This document shows positions 40,957 to 51,445 of a DNA stretch of 64,000 bases, piece after piece. Where the stretch lies: contig JAHQWW010000010.1 in the NCBI GenBank assembly GCA_029856365.1, positions 1-64,000 on the forward strand. Reading direction: 5' to 3'. Under the pieces are notes generated by a model. The model ran no database searches, was not told the DNA's origin, and was given only the letters and a program-made list of their open reading frames with translations. Every line of letters starts with the position of its first letter. The first letter of the stretch is position 1. The position numbers were made by a program, and so were the translations under genes. Source of the stretch: Candidatus Hodarchaeota archaeon. GTDB taxonomy: Archaea > Asgardarchaeota > Heimdallarchaeia > Hodarchaeales > Hodarchaeaceae.

Positions 40957-43059
40957 TTAGTTAATAGTTTTCAATATTATTTCAACCCCAAATTTAAATT
41001 TCTTCCCAAAAATTTCGATTTTGGGAAAAATAGAAGTACCCTGATATATTTCTTCAAATCCTATTTCACTTCTTAGGATTGAAAATAATGGAAATAATAC
41101 ACAATCAATAGTTTTAGAAAAATTAATTCTAATAGAAACGCATTCGTGTTCATTTTGATCCTTAATTTCAATTCTTTGGCATTTAATCTGATTAATTAAT
41201 TTAACCAAATCAAAAGGTTCAGTATCTAGGACACCTGTCGTCTTATAGGGGTAAGAAACTCCAATTATGTTAATTTCAGGTGAGAAAAAAAGGCTTTTTG
41301 GTTCAATAGCGTCTGAGAAAGTGATATCATACTCAATAAGAATCTTGGTAGATTGTAAACGATAAGTTTTTGAAATTACTGTTCGGACAGGCTTTTTTCT
41401 TAGTATAATGTTGCCCTTACGCATAAGAGTCAAACTTTGATCAGTGTTTTGAGTGATCTCATATAAATTGTTAGCAAAGTCTCCTAGATCCTGATAAATA
41501 TCTTTTAGTAAAAAATCCCCTGGAACACTAGTAGAAAGAAAGTGATCCTGAAATGACCACTTTTCGAACCGATCTTGTACATTTTGCACTTTATTAGTAT
41601 GGTAGGGTTCATTCTGTCGAGTGAGAACATTGAGGAAATTATATCCCCGTTCTTTCAAGTTTAAGGAAAAGATGGAGCCACCAAATAAAGAAGAGATATA
41701 ACAAGAAACATGTTTGTTTTCCAAAATCCCATCTGGTTGTCCATCGAGTAAAACATCTTGGATGTTTGTTGTAAATTCTTTAAGCCCTTCTCGATTACGA
41801 AGTTTATCTAAAAGAAACTCAGCTTGGATTATATGCTTGTGAATTGAATGTCGAAGAAATCGATAATACACTCCTCCGAATAATCCATGCCAATAAGCAT
41901 CATTTGACTGGGAGGTTAATACTTTTTCCCAAATTTTCTGGAAATGATCTGATGATAAATTGGGTAATGCTTTCTCTGTTGTTTCTACTTTGTTGCGACA
42001 GATTAGCATTCTTTTATGCATGATATTTGCTTGAGAATATTTGATCAGGAAATTTTGCCAAATAGATCCAGTAGTAAAGGTTTTAATTTCCTCTGCTAAT
42101 CCAGGGTCAATCTCCTTTCGATCAATTTTTTGATGTAAGCCTTCTAACCGTTTCCTAAGAGGAGAAGGTAATGACCAAATTGCCATTTTATCATAACTAC
42201 TTGTTGGGAGATAAAGAAGGCCCTTTGGATGATGCTTTTTTAAAAATTCGCTTATTAGAATTGGTTTTATCCATGAATTTACCAATATCGCTTCGAAAAA
42301 CTCATTCATCCAAGGAGTGCCATCATAACCATCAATATAGCAAATATCATGAGTTATACGATCACCAGCATACCAAAGGCCCATTTTCTCCATATCAGAC
42401 ATCATCACTATAATACTTTCATGGTGTTCGTCACACCCTTTCATTAAATATTGAATTATTTTTTCAGGCTTTTTCCAAGGCACTAAGTAGCGAATTTTTT
42501 GATTAATAGGGATTATTGGTATAGCTTTTCCTTGATCTTCAGTCATATACGCATAATAAGTCTGTTCTTCGGAAAATCCTATAATACGGAAGAGATAATC
42601 ATCAATGAATGTGAATTCAATCCCCATCTTCACCAGGATTGGTGGTAAACTAGGTATCCATACTCTTTCTGCCAACCATATACCTTTTGGTTTAATAGAG
42701 TAATTCTCACCCCACCAATCAATCATTAATTGAATTTGGAGTTCTTTATCTCTATCAGGGATTGTAGCTAAAATTGGCTCATAAAATCCTCCACCAATAA
42801 TCTCGATTTGTTTACGACTATAAAGAGTAACAATTTGCTCCAAATATTCTGGGTGGGTTTCCTGAATCCAATTAAGAAGTGGGCCGGAGATATGAAAACT
42901 TGATTTTATTGTTGGATATTTGCTAATCGTTTGAATTAGAGGTAAGTAAGCTTTTTGATATGCTTCTTCAATGACCCAAGGGAAGTTCCCTACAGGCTGA
43001 TGAGCATGCCAAATCATGGGGAAAAAAACAGTACCGTCTTTCCGTACAGACAAAATCAA
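40957..43059 (-). CDS. GH57 alpha-amylase/4-alpha-glucanotransferase
   Basis: HAHQPVGN, GGFYEPIL, WLAERVW, SDMEKMG and QSNDAYWHGLFGG motifs. Confidence 0.92.
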   Translation of the reverse strand: MILSVRKDGTVFFPMIWHAHQPVGNFPWVIEEAYQKAYLPLIQTISKYPTIKSSFHISGPLLNWIQETHPEYLEQIVTLYSRKQIEIIGGGFYEPILATIPDRDKELQIQLMIDWWGENYSIKPKGIWLAERVWIPSLPPILVKMGIEFTFIDDYLFRIIGFSEEQTYYAYMTEDQGKAIPIIPINQKIRYLVPWKKPEKIIQYLMKGCDEHHESIIVMMSDMEKMGLWYAGDRITHDICYIDGYDGTPWMNEFFEAILVNSWIKPILISEFLKKHHPKGLLYLPTSSYDKMAIWSLPSPLRKRLEGLHQKIDRKEIDPGLAEEIKTFTTGSIWQNFLIKYSQANIMHKRMLICRNKVETTEKALPNLSSDHFQKIWEKVLTSQSNDAYWHGLFGGVYYRFLRHSIHKHIIQAEFLLDKLRNREGLKEFTTNIQDVLLDGQPDGILENKHVSCYISSLFGGSIFSLNLKERGYNFLNVLTRQNEPYHTNKVQNVQDRFEKWSFQDHFLSTSVPGDFLLKDIYQDLGDFANNLYEITQNTDQSLTLMRKGNIILRKKPVRTVISKTYRLQSTKILIEYDITFSDAIEPKSLFFSPEINIIGVSYPYKTTGVLDTEPFDLVKLINQIKCQRIEIKDQNEHECVSIRINFSKTIDCVLFPLFSILRSEIGFEEIYQGTSIFPKIEIFGKKFKFGVEIILKTIN

Positions 43060-43089
43060 ACCTTCTGGGGGATATAACCCTCTAGGGGG

Positions 43090-43875
43090 TTATAAAATCA
43101 AATTACGTAATTGTTCAACCATTCCCTCTACTAGTACAATTGTATTAGCTGCAGAGCATTCTGGATTGGCATCAACAAGCAATAATAAACCTTCTCCTAG
43201 AATATAGACAAAAATATTTGAGGCACCAGAAACAGCCAGAAAGAATCTTGGTTTTTCAAGGTGCGCTGCGAATGCCCCACGAATAGCACGTACAGCAGCG
43301 GGTAGTATTTCTGCATCCATTTGATTTACAATGATGGCTCCAGTGAAAGAAGACACACACGCACCCTGTACTGCATCTTCACTGAGGACCCAAGCTTCGA
43401 GATGTTCTTCAACCTCCCGCTTCATGGATTCTGACATATAACGGCTTTCACCAGCCATAACAGTTTGAATTGCTTCGTTAAATTCCTCCTTTTCTACACT
43501 TGATATATGGACCGTTTTTTTACCAAGTTTATCGGCAAAATTACCAAGAAAAAGTGTCATTAATGTTCTCAATTTAAATTCAATATCAAGTAAAGAAGCG
43601 GAAGAGGATGTGATGAGAGAAAACACACCCTCTGGTCTACTAATACCTGCAATACGCATTGAGGCAAAATCGACGTAAAATAGTTGCCCGTCCTCAATCG
43701 AGTCTTCTAATCCTTGTGAGATGTCATAAGCTGAATTCAAAAGTACTTGAACTTTTTTAGGAGAAAAAGCTTTTACATTAGCAGAACCACGAAAATCTTT
43801 GCTGATAAGCGGCTTTCCAGAGGAATGAAATACAAAGAATGCTAAAAATGTCTCCAGCTCATCAAACGAGACCAA
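43090..43875 (-). CDS. Longin-like + roadblock/LC7-like two-domain protein
   Basis: N-terminal FFVFHSSGKPLISKDF (longin beta1-G-x-P-L); C-terminal VQGACVSSFTGAII (roadblock) ending in an amphipathic helix. Confidence 0.65.
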   Translation of the reverse strand: MVSFDELETFLAFFVFHSSGKPLISKDFRGSANVKAFSPKKVQVLLNSAYDISQGLEDSIEDGQLFYVDFASMRIAGISRPEGVFSLITSSSASLLDIEFKLRTLMTLFLGNFADKLGKKTVHISSVEKEEFNEAIQTVMAGESRYMSESMKREVEEHLEAWVLSEDAVQGACVSSFTGAIIVNQMDAEILPAAVRAIRGAFAAHLEKPRFFLAVSGASNIFVYILGEGLLLLVDANPECSAANTIVLVEGMVEQLRNLIL

Positions 43876-43879
43876 TTTT

Positions 43880-44404
43880 CTACTCTCCTAGTATTAACTG
43901 GCCCATCTGGACGAAAGCTTCTTGAACACGAGCACCTGTTTTCGCTGAAGTTGAAAAGAATTCTTGAGCATTAAACCGATCGAGAATTTCTTCTTTGCTA
44001 GCAGGTAATTTTCCTTCTGCAATATCTTCTTTATTACCAAGAACCATCACTTTAGCATTTGGACTTTGTTCATTGATGTCTGCTCGCCATCGATCTAATT
44101 TTTCAAATGTGGGGTCTGGTCGCGTTAAATCAAATACTAAAAATACTCCATGTGCCTTTTTTAAATATAAATGGCGGAAATTAGTAAATCCAGATTGGCC
44201 TGCAACGTCCCAAATCTGAAAAGTAAGCTCTCGGTCTTTTATGTTCACTTTTTTAGAAAGAAAATCAACCCCAAGAGTTATCTGATACCCCTCTTTGAAG
44301 AAATCGTCAACATATCGTTTGATTAAGGAAGTTTTTCCTACTTCCGGTTCTCCGACCAATAATAATTTGAAGGCAAACTTGCCGCCTTTAGCTTTCTTAG
44401 ACAA
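43880..44404 (-). CDS. Rab-like small GTPase
   Basis: GEPEVGKT, TLGVDF, IWDVAGQ, NKED, SAKTG. Confidence 0.95.
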   Translation of the reverse strand: MSKKAKGGKFAFKLLLVGEPEVGKTSLIKRYVDDFFKEGYQITLGVDFLSKKVNIKDRELTFQIWDVAGQSGFTNFRHLYLKKAHGVFLVFDLTRPDPTFEKLDRWRADINEQSPNAKVMVLGNKEDIAEGKLPASKEEILDRFNAQEFFSTSAKTGARVQEAFVQMGQLILGE

Positions 44405-44624
44405 AGTTCAACAGCTCCAATGGTGGATTTACTTACTCGAGAAAATGGTTAATAATATCTTATAAGTATTCCTTATATTGATAATTGATTTCTTTTCTTC
44501 CAAACTTCTATCCTGATATCTTTAAAAAGAAGTCCTAAGACTTAATGTTCCTAACAATAAAATTGTCACGAGTTTGGATTATTTTCACTATAATCTTATG
44601 TGGAATAAGAATAGATGAATAAGA

Positions 44625-47225
44625 ATGGATGAATGGGAAATTAGTTTCGACTTACGTGCTGGCGACCGATCAGAACATTTCCAGTTCCTAGTTAATCCTG
44701 TTAAAGAAATGACCAAGGATTTTCCTAGTTTCCCTAAAGATAAATTTTTACGAGCATTAAATACTCACAGCGAAGAAAATAGGTATGTCCTTCATTCTGG
44801 ATTAATTTCAGATCTAAGATTCAAGCATACCTCTGAATATCACGAGAATCAGGAAATACATGTCTTAATGCTCGTGATGGAGAAGATAGGGCCTATTTCA
44901 TTAATTTTTCGTCAAAATTTCGAGTACTTAGTCCTTGAAGGGATTGACTCACATTACGACTACATTGGAGGGGATGCTTTACTCAATATCTTGATTCAAA
45001 TTATAAAACCAGACTCTCCAACAGTTAAGGGTCTTGGAAGAATTACTACAATCTATCATGCCTCTAATATTACTGAACTTACAAGAAAGGAGGCTTTTGT
45101 TTCTTTTCTTGATAGTGTGGAAGGTCAAATAATAATGTTCAGCTTAAGTATTATTTTACCAACCGTTATTATCATTGTTTTACCCTTGGAAGTTCTAGAT
45201 AGCATGATAGGTTATGTGATGACATTAGCAACTTTAGCGATCTTATGGTGTATTTATCCCCTTGCAAAAAGGTCAACAAAATATGCACCGCTGTCTTTGA
45301 TTTCTATTATAATTAGTTACCTGAATATTGAAATATTCATCCACATTCACTTTCTAGTTGGTGGAATAAACCCTTGGGGCATTTTCAACAACATTTCTCG
45401 ACAGAATTTGATAGGGAAGCTTCAAAGCCAAGAATTAATCACAGAGCTTGGTACACAGGTTTTTTTGGGAATAGAATTACTACAGATGGTTATTCCATTT
45501 ATTGATGTCATAATCATTGGATTAATACCGTTCACCGTAGGAGTGGGACTCTCTGGTTTTTTTATGATATTTGAGCGCAAATGGAAAAGTGCTACAGTAT
45601 TTAGGTTATTTTTTGCGGCATTATTTCTCATATCAATCATTACTATTCCTTTGGGGTATCATGCACTTGGAAAAGGATCTGAGGGTACTCTTCACGCAAG
45701 TATTGGCCTGATAGAAACTGTAGAGATGTTTTCTCCAGAATTTATAGAAAATCTTGACAATACTTATGAGCAATTAGAAGAATTAATTGCGTCAGCACAA
45801 GAGCATTTAACGAAAGCAGGCAATTCCTTCATACAATTCGGAGAGAATCCTCTAATAGCATATATTTTGCCTTATTTGATGCCTGAAGTAGCTGGAATAC
45901 CTCTTGAAGATCTCCCAGAAATATTAACACTAACAGCAGTACTAGCGGATACTATACCCTACTTTTCTAATATTTTATGGGGATATTATAATTTACAGAC
46001 TGGATTTAATCAGACGTTCGACATTTTACTACAATCAATTGAGAATTCCCCTCAAGAAGGTCTTGGGGCTGGTATTTTTCAAGAATATGATGTTGCCATG
46101 CGAGAAGCACTTGATTTAATGCAACAAGGTGTGGGGAATCTTACTGATGTCGAAGATCCCATACTGAATTTGATCAGTGAGGTACAAGAAAAACTTGACC
46201 TTTCTGTTTTTGCTCAAATGTTCAATTTTCTATCAGAATTAAAGGTGGGATTACCAATTATCATTACTGTTGTTTCTGGTGCCGTACCATGGATTAATAG
46301 TACTTATAAACTCACTCTAGCACTTGATGAGCTTTATGAATTTGATTTTACCTCAGAGACTCTTTTAGATGCAGAAAAAGATTACAATGAATCAAAGAGT
46401 ATGCGAACTGTTGATGTTGAAAGTTTACCAGAAGGAGCGGTTATCCCATTTCATGATCTTACTAATTTTATTCTTAATTTGCACCAAGTAACAAAAAACT
46501 TCTTATTTTCAGTCAAAAACGCCTCATCTATGTTTCAAGCTTTAAACAACACACTACATCAAGTTCAAGAAATAAATTTTTCAGATTCTGCAAATATTCA
46601 TGATCCTCATTGGGTTGAAATTGACAACGGACTTAATGATACAACCGATTATTTAAGTGCAACACAAATAAGCTTAAACAACATGAGTGCAATTATTGAA
46701 TCTCAGAAACTCCTCACGTTTGAGGAGTTAGCTGAACTTAACCAATTACTTGAAACTTTAAATGAATTTACCCAATCTGCCTCCGAGCGAGTCGATATCG
46801 TTGATCAATATGTATCAGCTTTGAATGGGACTCTTCGGGCTGTTAAATTCTTCTCCATGGGTTCCTATAGCTTGAATCAAACTTTAAGTGAAGCAGTGCA
46901 ACCAGAAGATATTGACTCTGGAAATGCGATAGAAAACTTCACCTTCTCTCAAATAGAAGCAAATAAAACTTATGAATACTTAAATTCAGTTAGAGCAGGG
47001 CAACTTTTAAATGAAAGCGCAGTCAACAACTGGCAACAGCTAGTTAAAGGAAATATCACTGACAATCGGACAAATTCTATCTATATGAACTCTCAACGCT
47101 GTTTGGATTTGATTTCAGCTATTGAAGATGGCCAAATTACCTTACAAGAAGCTCAAGATGATTTTCAAGAGATTCTTACTAGAATGGAGCAATTAGATGA
47201 TAGATGGGATATTTTTACAGAATAA
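44625..47225 (+). CDS. Membrane protein with large helical, sequon-rich C-terminal ectodomain
   Basis: Soluble N-domain, about 5 TM helices, then about 500 aa of helical sequence with many N-x-S/T sequons. Confidence 0.75.
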   Translation: MDEWEISFDLRAGDRSEHFQFLVNPVKEMTKDFPSFPKDKFLRALNTHSEENRYVLHSGLISDLRFKHTSEYHENQEIHVLMLVMEKIGPISLIFRQNFEYLVLEGIDSHYDYIGGDALLNILIQIIKPDSPTVKGLGRITTIYHASNITELTRKEAFVSFLDSVEGQIIMFSLSIILPTVIIIVLPLEVLDSMIGYVMTLATLAILWCIYPLAKRSTKYAPLSLISIIISYLNIEIFIHIHFLVGGINPWGIFNNISRQNLIGKLQSQELITELGTQVFLGIELLQMVIPFIDVIIIGLIPFTVGVGLSGFFMIFERKWKSATVFRLFFAALFLISIITIPLGYHALGKGSEGTLHASIGLIETVEMFSPEFIENLDNTYEQLEELIASAQEHLTKAGNSFIQFGENPLIAYILPYLMPEVAGIPLEDLPEILTLTAVLADTIPYFSNILWGYYNLQTGFNQTFDILLQSIENSPQEGLGAGIFQEYDVAMREALDLMQQGVGNLTDVEDPILNLISEVQEKLDLSVFAQMFNFLSELKVGLPIIITVVSGAVPWINSTYKLTLALDELYEFDFTSETLLDAEKDYNESKSMRTVDVESLPEGAVIPFHDLTNFILNLHQVTKNFLFSVKNASSMFQALNNTLHQVQEINFSDSANIHDPHWVEIDNGLNDTTDYLSATQISLNNMSAIIESQKLLTFEELAELNQLLETLNEFTQSASERVDIVDQYVSALNGTLRAVKFFSMGSYSLNQTLSEAVQPEDIDSGNAIENFTFSQIEANKTYEYLNSVRAGQLLNESAVNNWQQLVKGNITDNRTNSIYMNSQRCLDLISAIEDGQITLQEAQDDFQEILTRMEQLDDRWDIFTE

Positions 47226-47231
47226 CCTATA

Positions 47232-48707
47232 TTACTGAAAAGAAAACGTAGATTGTTCTTCAAGATATGGTTTTGGATCCATATCCCAGACGGATAAATC
47301 AAACTCACCCCGAGTGGCTGCCAAATCTCGAAATACCGTTCCTGCTTGAGGTTCTTTCCAGAATTCTTCACCATATTCATCAATCATTTGATTGATCCAT
47401 TCTTTTGCTCGAATACTTCCGAGTAAATATGAAGGTGTATAAAGATCATAATCAGGCATAATATGGTGAAGGAGCCAATAGTCTCCTGGAATTTCCCAGA
47501 AAAATCGTTTTGTTAATTCCTGAAACCGACTTGAAGCCTGTTCGGAGGTATACTCCCGTTTCCAGAATTCTAGTTTCATAACTGCGTTTGCAGAGTAAAA
47601 AACCAGAAAAAAGAGGTTTATAAAATGTCTTCTATCAATAACCTCTTGCGTAACTTCCTCTGACAATCTAAGCTCCTGCTGTAAGAACAGGGGATATTGT
47701 AATAACATTTCCATGAAAATAGAAAATGTTTCAGCAACACTCATTGGAATAAAGTACTTTTTCCAGTAAGGATCATCAGGATTTCCCGAGGTACCGTGAA
47801 TAGCATGTCCAAATTCATGGAAGATACTGGTAAAATCACTGAAAGGAGAAACATGTTTATAAACCACTCTAACATCGATAGGAATTCTTACCTCAAAACA
47901 GAACGCAGATGGAGATTTTTTCTCCCGATCTTCACTATCAACCTTTATTTGAGCAAGATCATCTTCAAATCCCCAGTTTGAAAGAAAACTCCCCACAACC
48001 TTCAAAGGATTCTTCTTTTCGAAATATTTGTTCAATGATGAGTATATTCGTGCTCTGGCAATATAGAAATCGTCATTGTACTCAAAAGCTTCTTTATTGA
48101 GAATTTCAGGAGCGTAATGGTCTGCAGCTGCTAAAAATGGTTTTCTCGCACCGTCTCCTAGTGTAAATACAATGTCACTCAGTTTTTCGTAAGGGAGGAA
48201 CTCTCTTTCTAAATATGCCTCGAGAGGTGAAGATCCATATAGAGAATAGACTTGACGGGAGATATTGAAACGTTTAATAATAGAGGGAACAAGATCTGGT
48301 ATTTTGCTAATAAATTCATCAAATAATTTTTTACGATCAGATGGATTGGAAGAAAGAGCATTGAACTGTCTCCAGGATCCCCAATTAACTGGTTTTTTAT
48401 GAAGATGGAAGTCTTTGGTTGAAATTAATGCCATTCGTTTATCGTAAATCTCTAATGATAGAGGTAATTTGCGAGCTTGGGCTATAGTATAAATAGAATT
48501 TAGATAGAACGCTCTTGGTTCTTCATATGAGTCAAGGAACTCTGAGCTTAACCCTACTAATGTTTCAGAGACCGATTCCATAAGTTTCTTATCATACGGT
48601 AGACCTGCGGTTTGATTATACTGTTGTTCAAATAGCTGAACGATATATTTCTCAAATTCAGTTCCAAGATCCTCAATACTACGAACAGGGGTACTCAATG
48701 TTTTCAC
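47232..48707 (-). CDS. Gluzincin metallopeptidase (M3-like)
   Basis: HEFGH plus downstream SVAETFS glutamate ligand. Confidence 0.75.
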   Translation of the reverse strand: MKTLSTPVRSIEDLGTEFEKYIVQLFEQQYNQTAGLPYDKKLMESVSETLVGLSSEFLDSYEEPRAFYLNSIYTIAQARKLPLSLEIYDKRMALISTKDFHLHKKPVNWGSWRQFNALSSNPSDRKKLFDEFISKIPDLVPSIIKRFNISRQVYSLYGSSPLEAYLEREFLPYEKLSDIVFTLGDGARKPFLAAADHYAPEILNKEAFEYNDDFYIARARIYSSLNKYFEKKNPLKVVGSFLSNWGFEDDLAQIKVDSEDREKKSPSAFCFEVRIPIDVRVVYKHVSPFSDFTSIFHEFGHAIHGTSGNPDDPYWKKYFIPMSVAETFSIFMEMLLQYPLFLQQELRLSEEVTQEVIDRRHFINLFFLVFYSANAVMKLEFWKREYTSEQASSRFQELTKRFFWEIPGDYWLLHHIMPDYDLYTPSYLLGSIRAKEWINQMIDEYGEEFWKEPQAGTVFRDLAATRGEFDLSVWDMDPKPYLEEQSTFSFQ

Positions 48708-48835
48708 CTGGAATCAATAAGTTTCTCCCAAGAGTAATAACTGAACATATAACTAAACTCATTAATCTTAGCTATAGGTTTTAAGTTTTTAAGAAAGATT
48801 TTTGAGCTCTAAATAAAAGTAAGGCAGAAAAAGAG

Positions 48836-49711
48836 ATGATTAATATGCAAACTTCTATTATGCAACTTGCAGATAGAGACCCAATCGAACTTCTAGGAAT
48901 TGTATTTGTAGCAATAGGTATTATCTTATTCCTTTCTTTTGGATTTCGATTATTATTATCTTACCAACGAACAGAAAAAAAGCAAACACTATATCTTGCT
49001 TTAGAATTCATCTTCGGAGGACTAGGAATGTTCTTTTTGCTCATAGAGCAGGTGATTCTAATGTTGTCTGTTGAAGTTATAGCAACTACTCCAGATATAA
49101 TTACTGATCCATCTATCCCTCCGATGAGGAGTATTTTTCAGTATTCAAGCATTGATGTATTTAGTGCAGGATGGGCTGGAGCAGCACTAGCTTGGATTTC
49201 TTCTGGAATTGCAATCATCGCAGCAGTTTTTTTTGTGGTCTCATTTTTTCCTGATAAGGGTAGGAAATATTTGATTCCTCCTATCATTCTTATATTAGTC
49301 TATTTAGCACTGATTCTTGTCTCGCCTTTTCACTGGAATTTCTCTGGTTCGGATTGGAGCCCTGAGCACGACCCCACGATAAACATTATCCTTTGGATTC
49401 TTTTCTTTATTCCTCTTTGGAGTGTTGCATTCCTCTTCCTATATCTAACCATTAGTTTATTCCGTAGAGGTTCTCCCAGTTGGCGACGATTGTGTTGGAT
49501 CTTTATCAGTCAAACACTCCTATCGATTGCATTCACTATTGAGATTGTTAATCCTTCAATGATCACAGAATATCTAATTCCAGCTCTTATAGGTAGTGAA
49601 GGAATTATTGCAACTGTTTCACGATTTTTCCTAATGATCTACCCTGTGTTAATGTGGATAGGTGTATTGACACCAGATTGGGCTAAAGGTATGTTAGGGG
49701 TAACTTCCTAA
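48836..49711 (+). CDS. Seven-transmembrane protein of unknown function
   Basis: Seven hydrophobic helices counted by eye; no output domain. Confidence 0.75.
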   Translation: MINMQTSIMQLADRDPIELLGIVFVAIGIILFLSFGFRLLLSYQRTEKKQTLYLALEFIFGGLGMFFLLIEQVILMLSVEVIATTPDIITDPSIPPMRSIFQYSSIDVFSAGWAGAALAWISSGIAIIAAVFFVVSFFPDKGRKYLIPPIILILVYLALILVSPFHWNFSGSDWSPEHDPTINIILWILFFIPLWSVAFLFLYLTISLFRRGSPSWRRLCWIFISQTLLSIAFTIEIVNPSMITEYLIPALIGSEGIIATVSRFFLMIYPVLMWIGVLTPDWAKGMLGVTS

Positions 49712-49752
49712 TCCTCTCTTTTCATTCAAAGTTTGGATGGGGTAGTTTATCC

Positions 49753-50841
49753 TCAGAGGTCTTCCATCCAGTCTAAAAATCTTGCAGATACTCGTTGTAA
49801 AAGTAACTCACGTATCAAAGGATTCCGTTGAGCTCCAATCTCTGCAGCTACTTCAACTAACGATGATTCATATGCCTTTTGAATTTCATTTATTTTGCTT
49901 TCTTTTTCGGTTTCTGAATATGAAAATGCCTCCACCAACATACCAGCAACCTTTAAGAGTTTTTCAGTCGATTCTTTTACTATAGGAGTTGTATTATCTA
50001 GGTTTTTTCTTAATTCTTTTATCAATTTCTTTGAATACGCGCAAGGTTCACCATTTTTGATCTGTTTTTTGTCCATATTGATTAAAACTTCATTGGGATA
50101 ATTTTTGACCAGATCTTTACTTATACCGATGATATCAGCATATGCGGGATCAATCATCTCTCTAATGAAGCTCACTTTCCTCAAGTTCATATGTGGAACG
50201 AGCATATCTAAACTGTGAACCATTAAGTCAATCAAGATATCAGATCCACCAGTGACAAAGACAGGCTTACTTCTAAATAGTGCTCCCAGAACGCGATCTT
50301 CATTTTTCCGTACTTGAGAAAGAAAGAACTCTATACTCCCACCTTCTTTCTTTTCGGAATAAATTACTCTCTTATTAATGATTTGTATTTCTGCAGTAGC
50401 CTCTCTCTCTGTTACACGCCAATCTGTAAGGGCATTACCTAATTCTTTGGGAAATTTCAAAGCTCCAGTATAGACATAGTTCTGTTTGATTTTGTTTGCT
50501 AACTCTTCAGCTTTAAACTTTAGGAATGGAACCTTGTTGTAGAGGAATACTTGTTGGTCGAGAGGCACAATATAAGATAGAGAAGCAATACATGTGGGTT
50601 CTGTAACATTTGCCTGTCGAATTTGGAACAAAAGAATGAAACCCAGTTTGTTTAATCTAGAAAAGGGAAGAATGGCCTCAGCAGATTCTAAATCTTTAGT
50701 ACTCATCATTATTAAGGTCATTTGTGATCTACGGGCAACATGAGAAGCTTCTTCCTGATTGATTTCTCCTGAAAAAAATATTGGGACAGAAAGGCCTTTT
50801 TGTTTATCAAAAACGCTAAATAAGATACCTCTATCCATCAA
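49753..50841 (-). CDS. DENN/folliculin-like protein (longin-like uDENN + cDENN + helical C-terminus)
   Basis: GILFSVFDKQKG N-terminus; ALFRSKPVFVTGGSDILIDLMVHSLDMLVP core motif. Confidence 0.6.
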   Translation of the reverse strand: MMDRGILFSVFDKQKGLSVPIFFSGEINQEEASHVARRSQMTLIMMSTKDLESAEAILPFSRLNKLGFILLFQIRQANVTEPTCIASLSYIVPLDQQVFLYNKVPFLKFKAEELANKIKQNYVYTGALKFPKELGNALTDWRVTEREATAEIQIINKRVIYSEKKEGGSIEFFLSQVRKNEDRVLGALFRSKPVFVTGGSDILIDLMVHSLDMLVPHMNLRKVSFIREMIDPAYADIIGISKDLVKNYPNEVLINMDKKQIKNGEPCAYSKKLIKELRKNLDNTTPIVKESTEKLLKVAGMLVEAFSYSETEKESKINEIQKAYESSLVEVAAEIGAQRNPLIRELLLQRVSARFLDWMEDL

Positions 50842-50986
50842 GGTTTATTCTCCTCTCAGAATTGAATTTTATTCGTTTTTTGAATCATTTCTTTAAAATC
50901 CTAGCTTTTATTTTAAACCAGAACTTAGTTAATTAGAAATTAGCTAAATTCGAAAGAATTGCTCAAAAGATGATTTTTGGTTTTTT

Positions 50987-51445
50987 TCATACTAAACTCC
51001 AAAAATCAATGATCTGTTGTGCGTGTTCAACAGTTTTAACTTTATCTAAACCTCCCGTTCCACCAAATATACCTTCTATTCTTCCATTTTCATCAATCAA
51101 AAAAGTAATTCTAGAAACACGGTTTCCACGTTTATAAGCACCAAATTTTTTAGCTAATTCAAGGTTTTCATCCATGAGGAGGGGAAATGGAAGATTATAT
51201 TTATCTATAAATCTCTGATGTGATTTAGCACTACCACCTGAAGACCCAAATACTTTTATCCCTTTATTTTGAAATATTTGATAACTATCCCGAATGGAAC
51301 ACGCCTCTTTGGTACAACCAGGGGTGTTGTCTCTGGGATAAAAGTATAGTACGTATTTCCGCCCTTTTAAAGTTTCAGAACTAATTGTGGTGTTGGACTC
51401 AGTTTTTGTTCTGAAGCTAGGAGCAATATCACCAATTTTTAGCAA
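50987..51445 (-). CDS. bcp: Peroxiredoxin BCP/PrxQ
   Basis: YFYPRDNTPGCTKEAC. Confidence 0.93.
   Translation of the reverse strand: MLKIGDIAPSFRTKTESNTTISSETLKGRKYVLYFYPRDNTPGCTKEACSIRDSYQIFQNKGIKVFGSSGGSAKSHQRFIDKYNLPFPLLMDENLELAKKFGAYKRGNRVSRITFLIDENGRIEGIFGGTGGLDKVKTVEHAQQIIDFWSLV

Noticed and set aside
48836-49711. Rhodopsin
   Set aside because: No retinal-binding Lys motif in helix 7.
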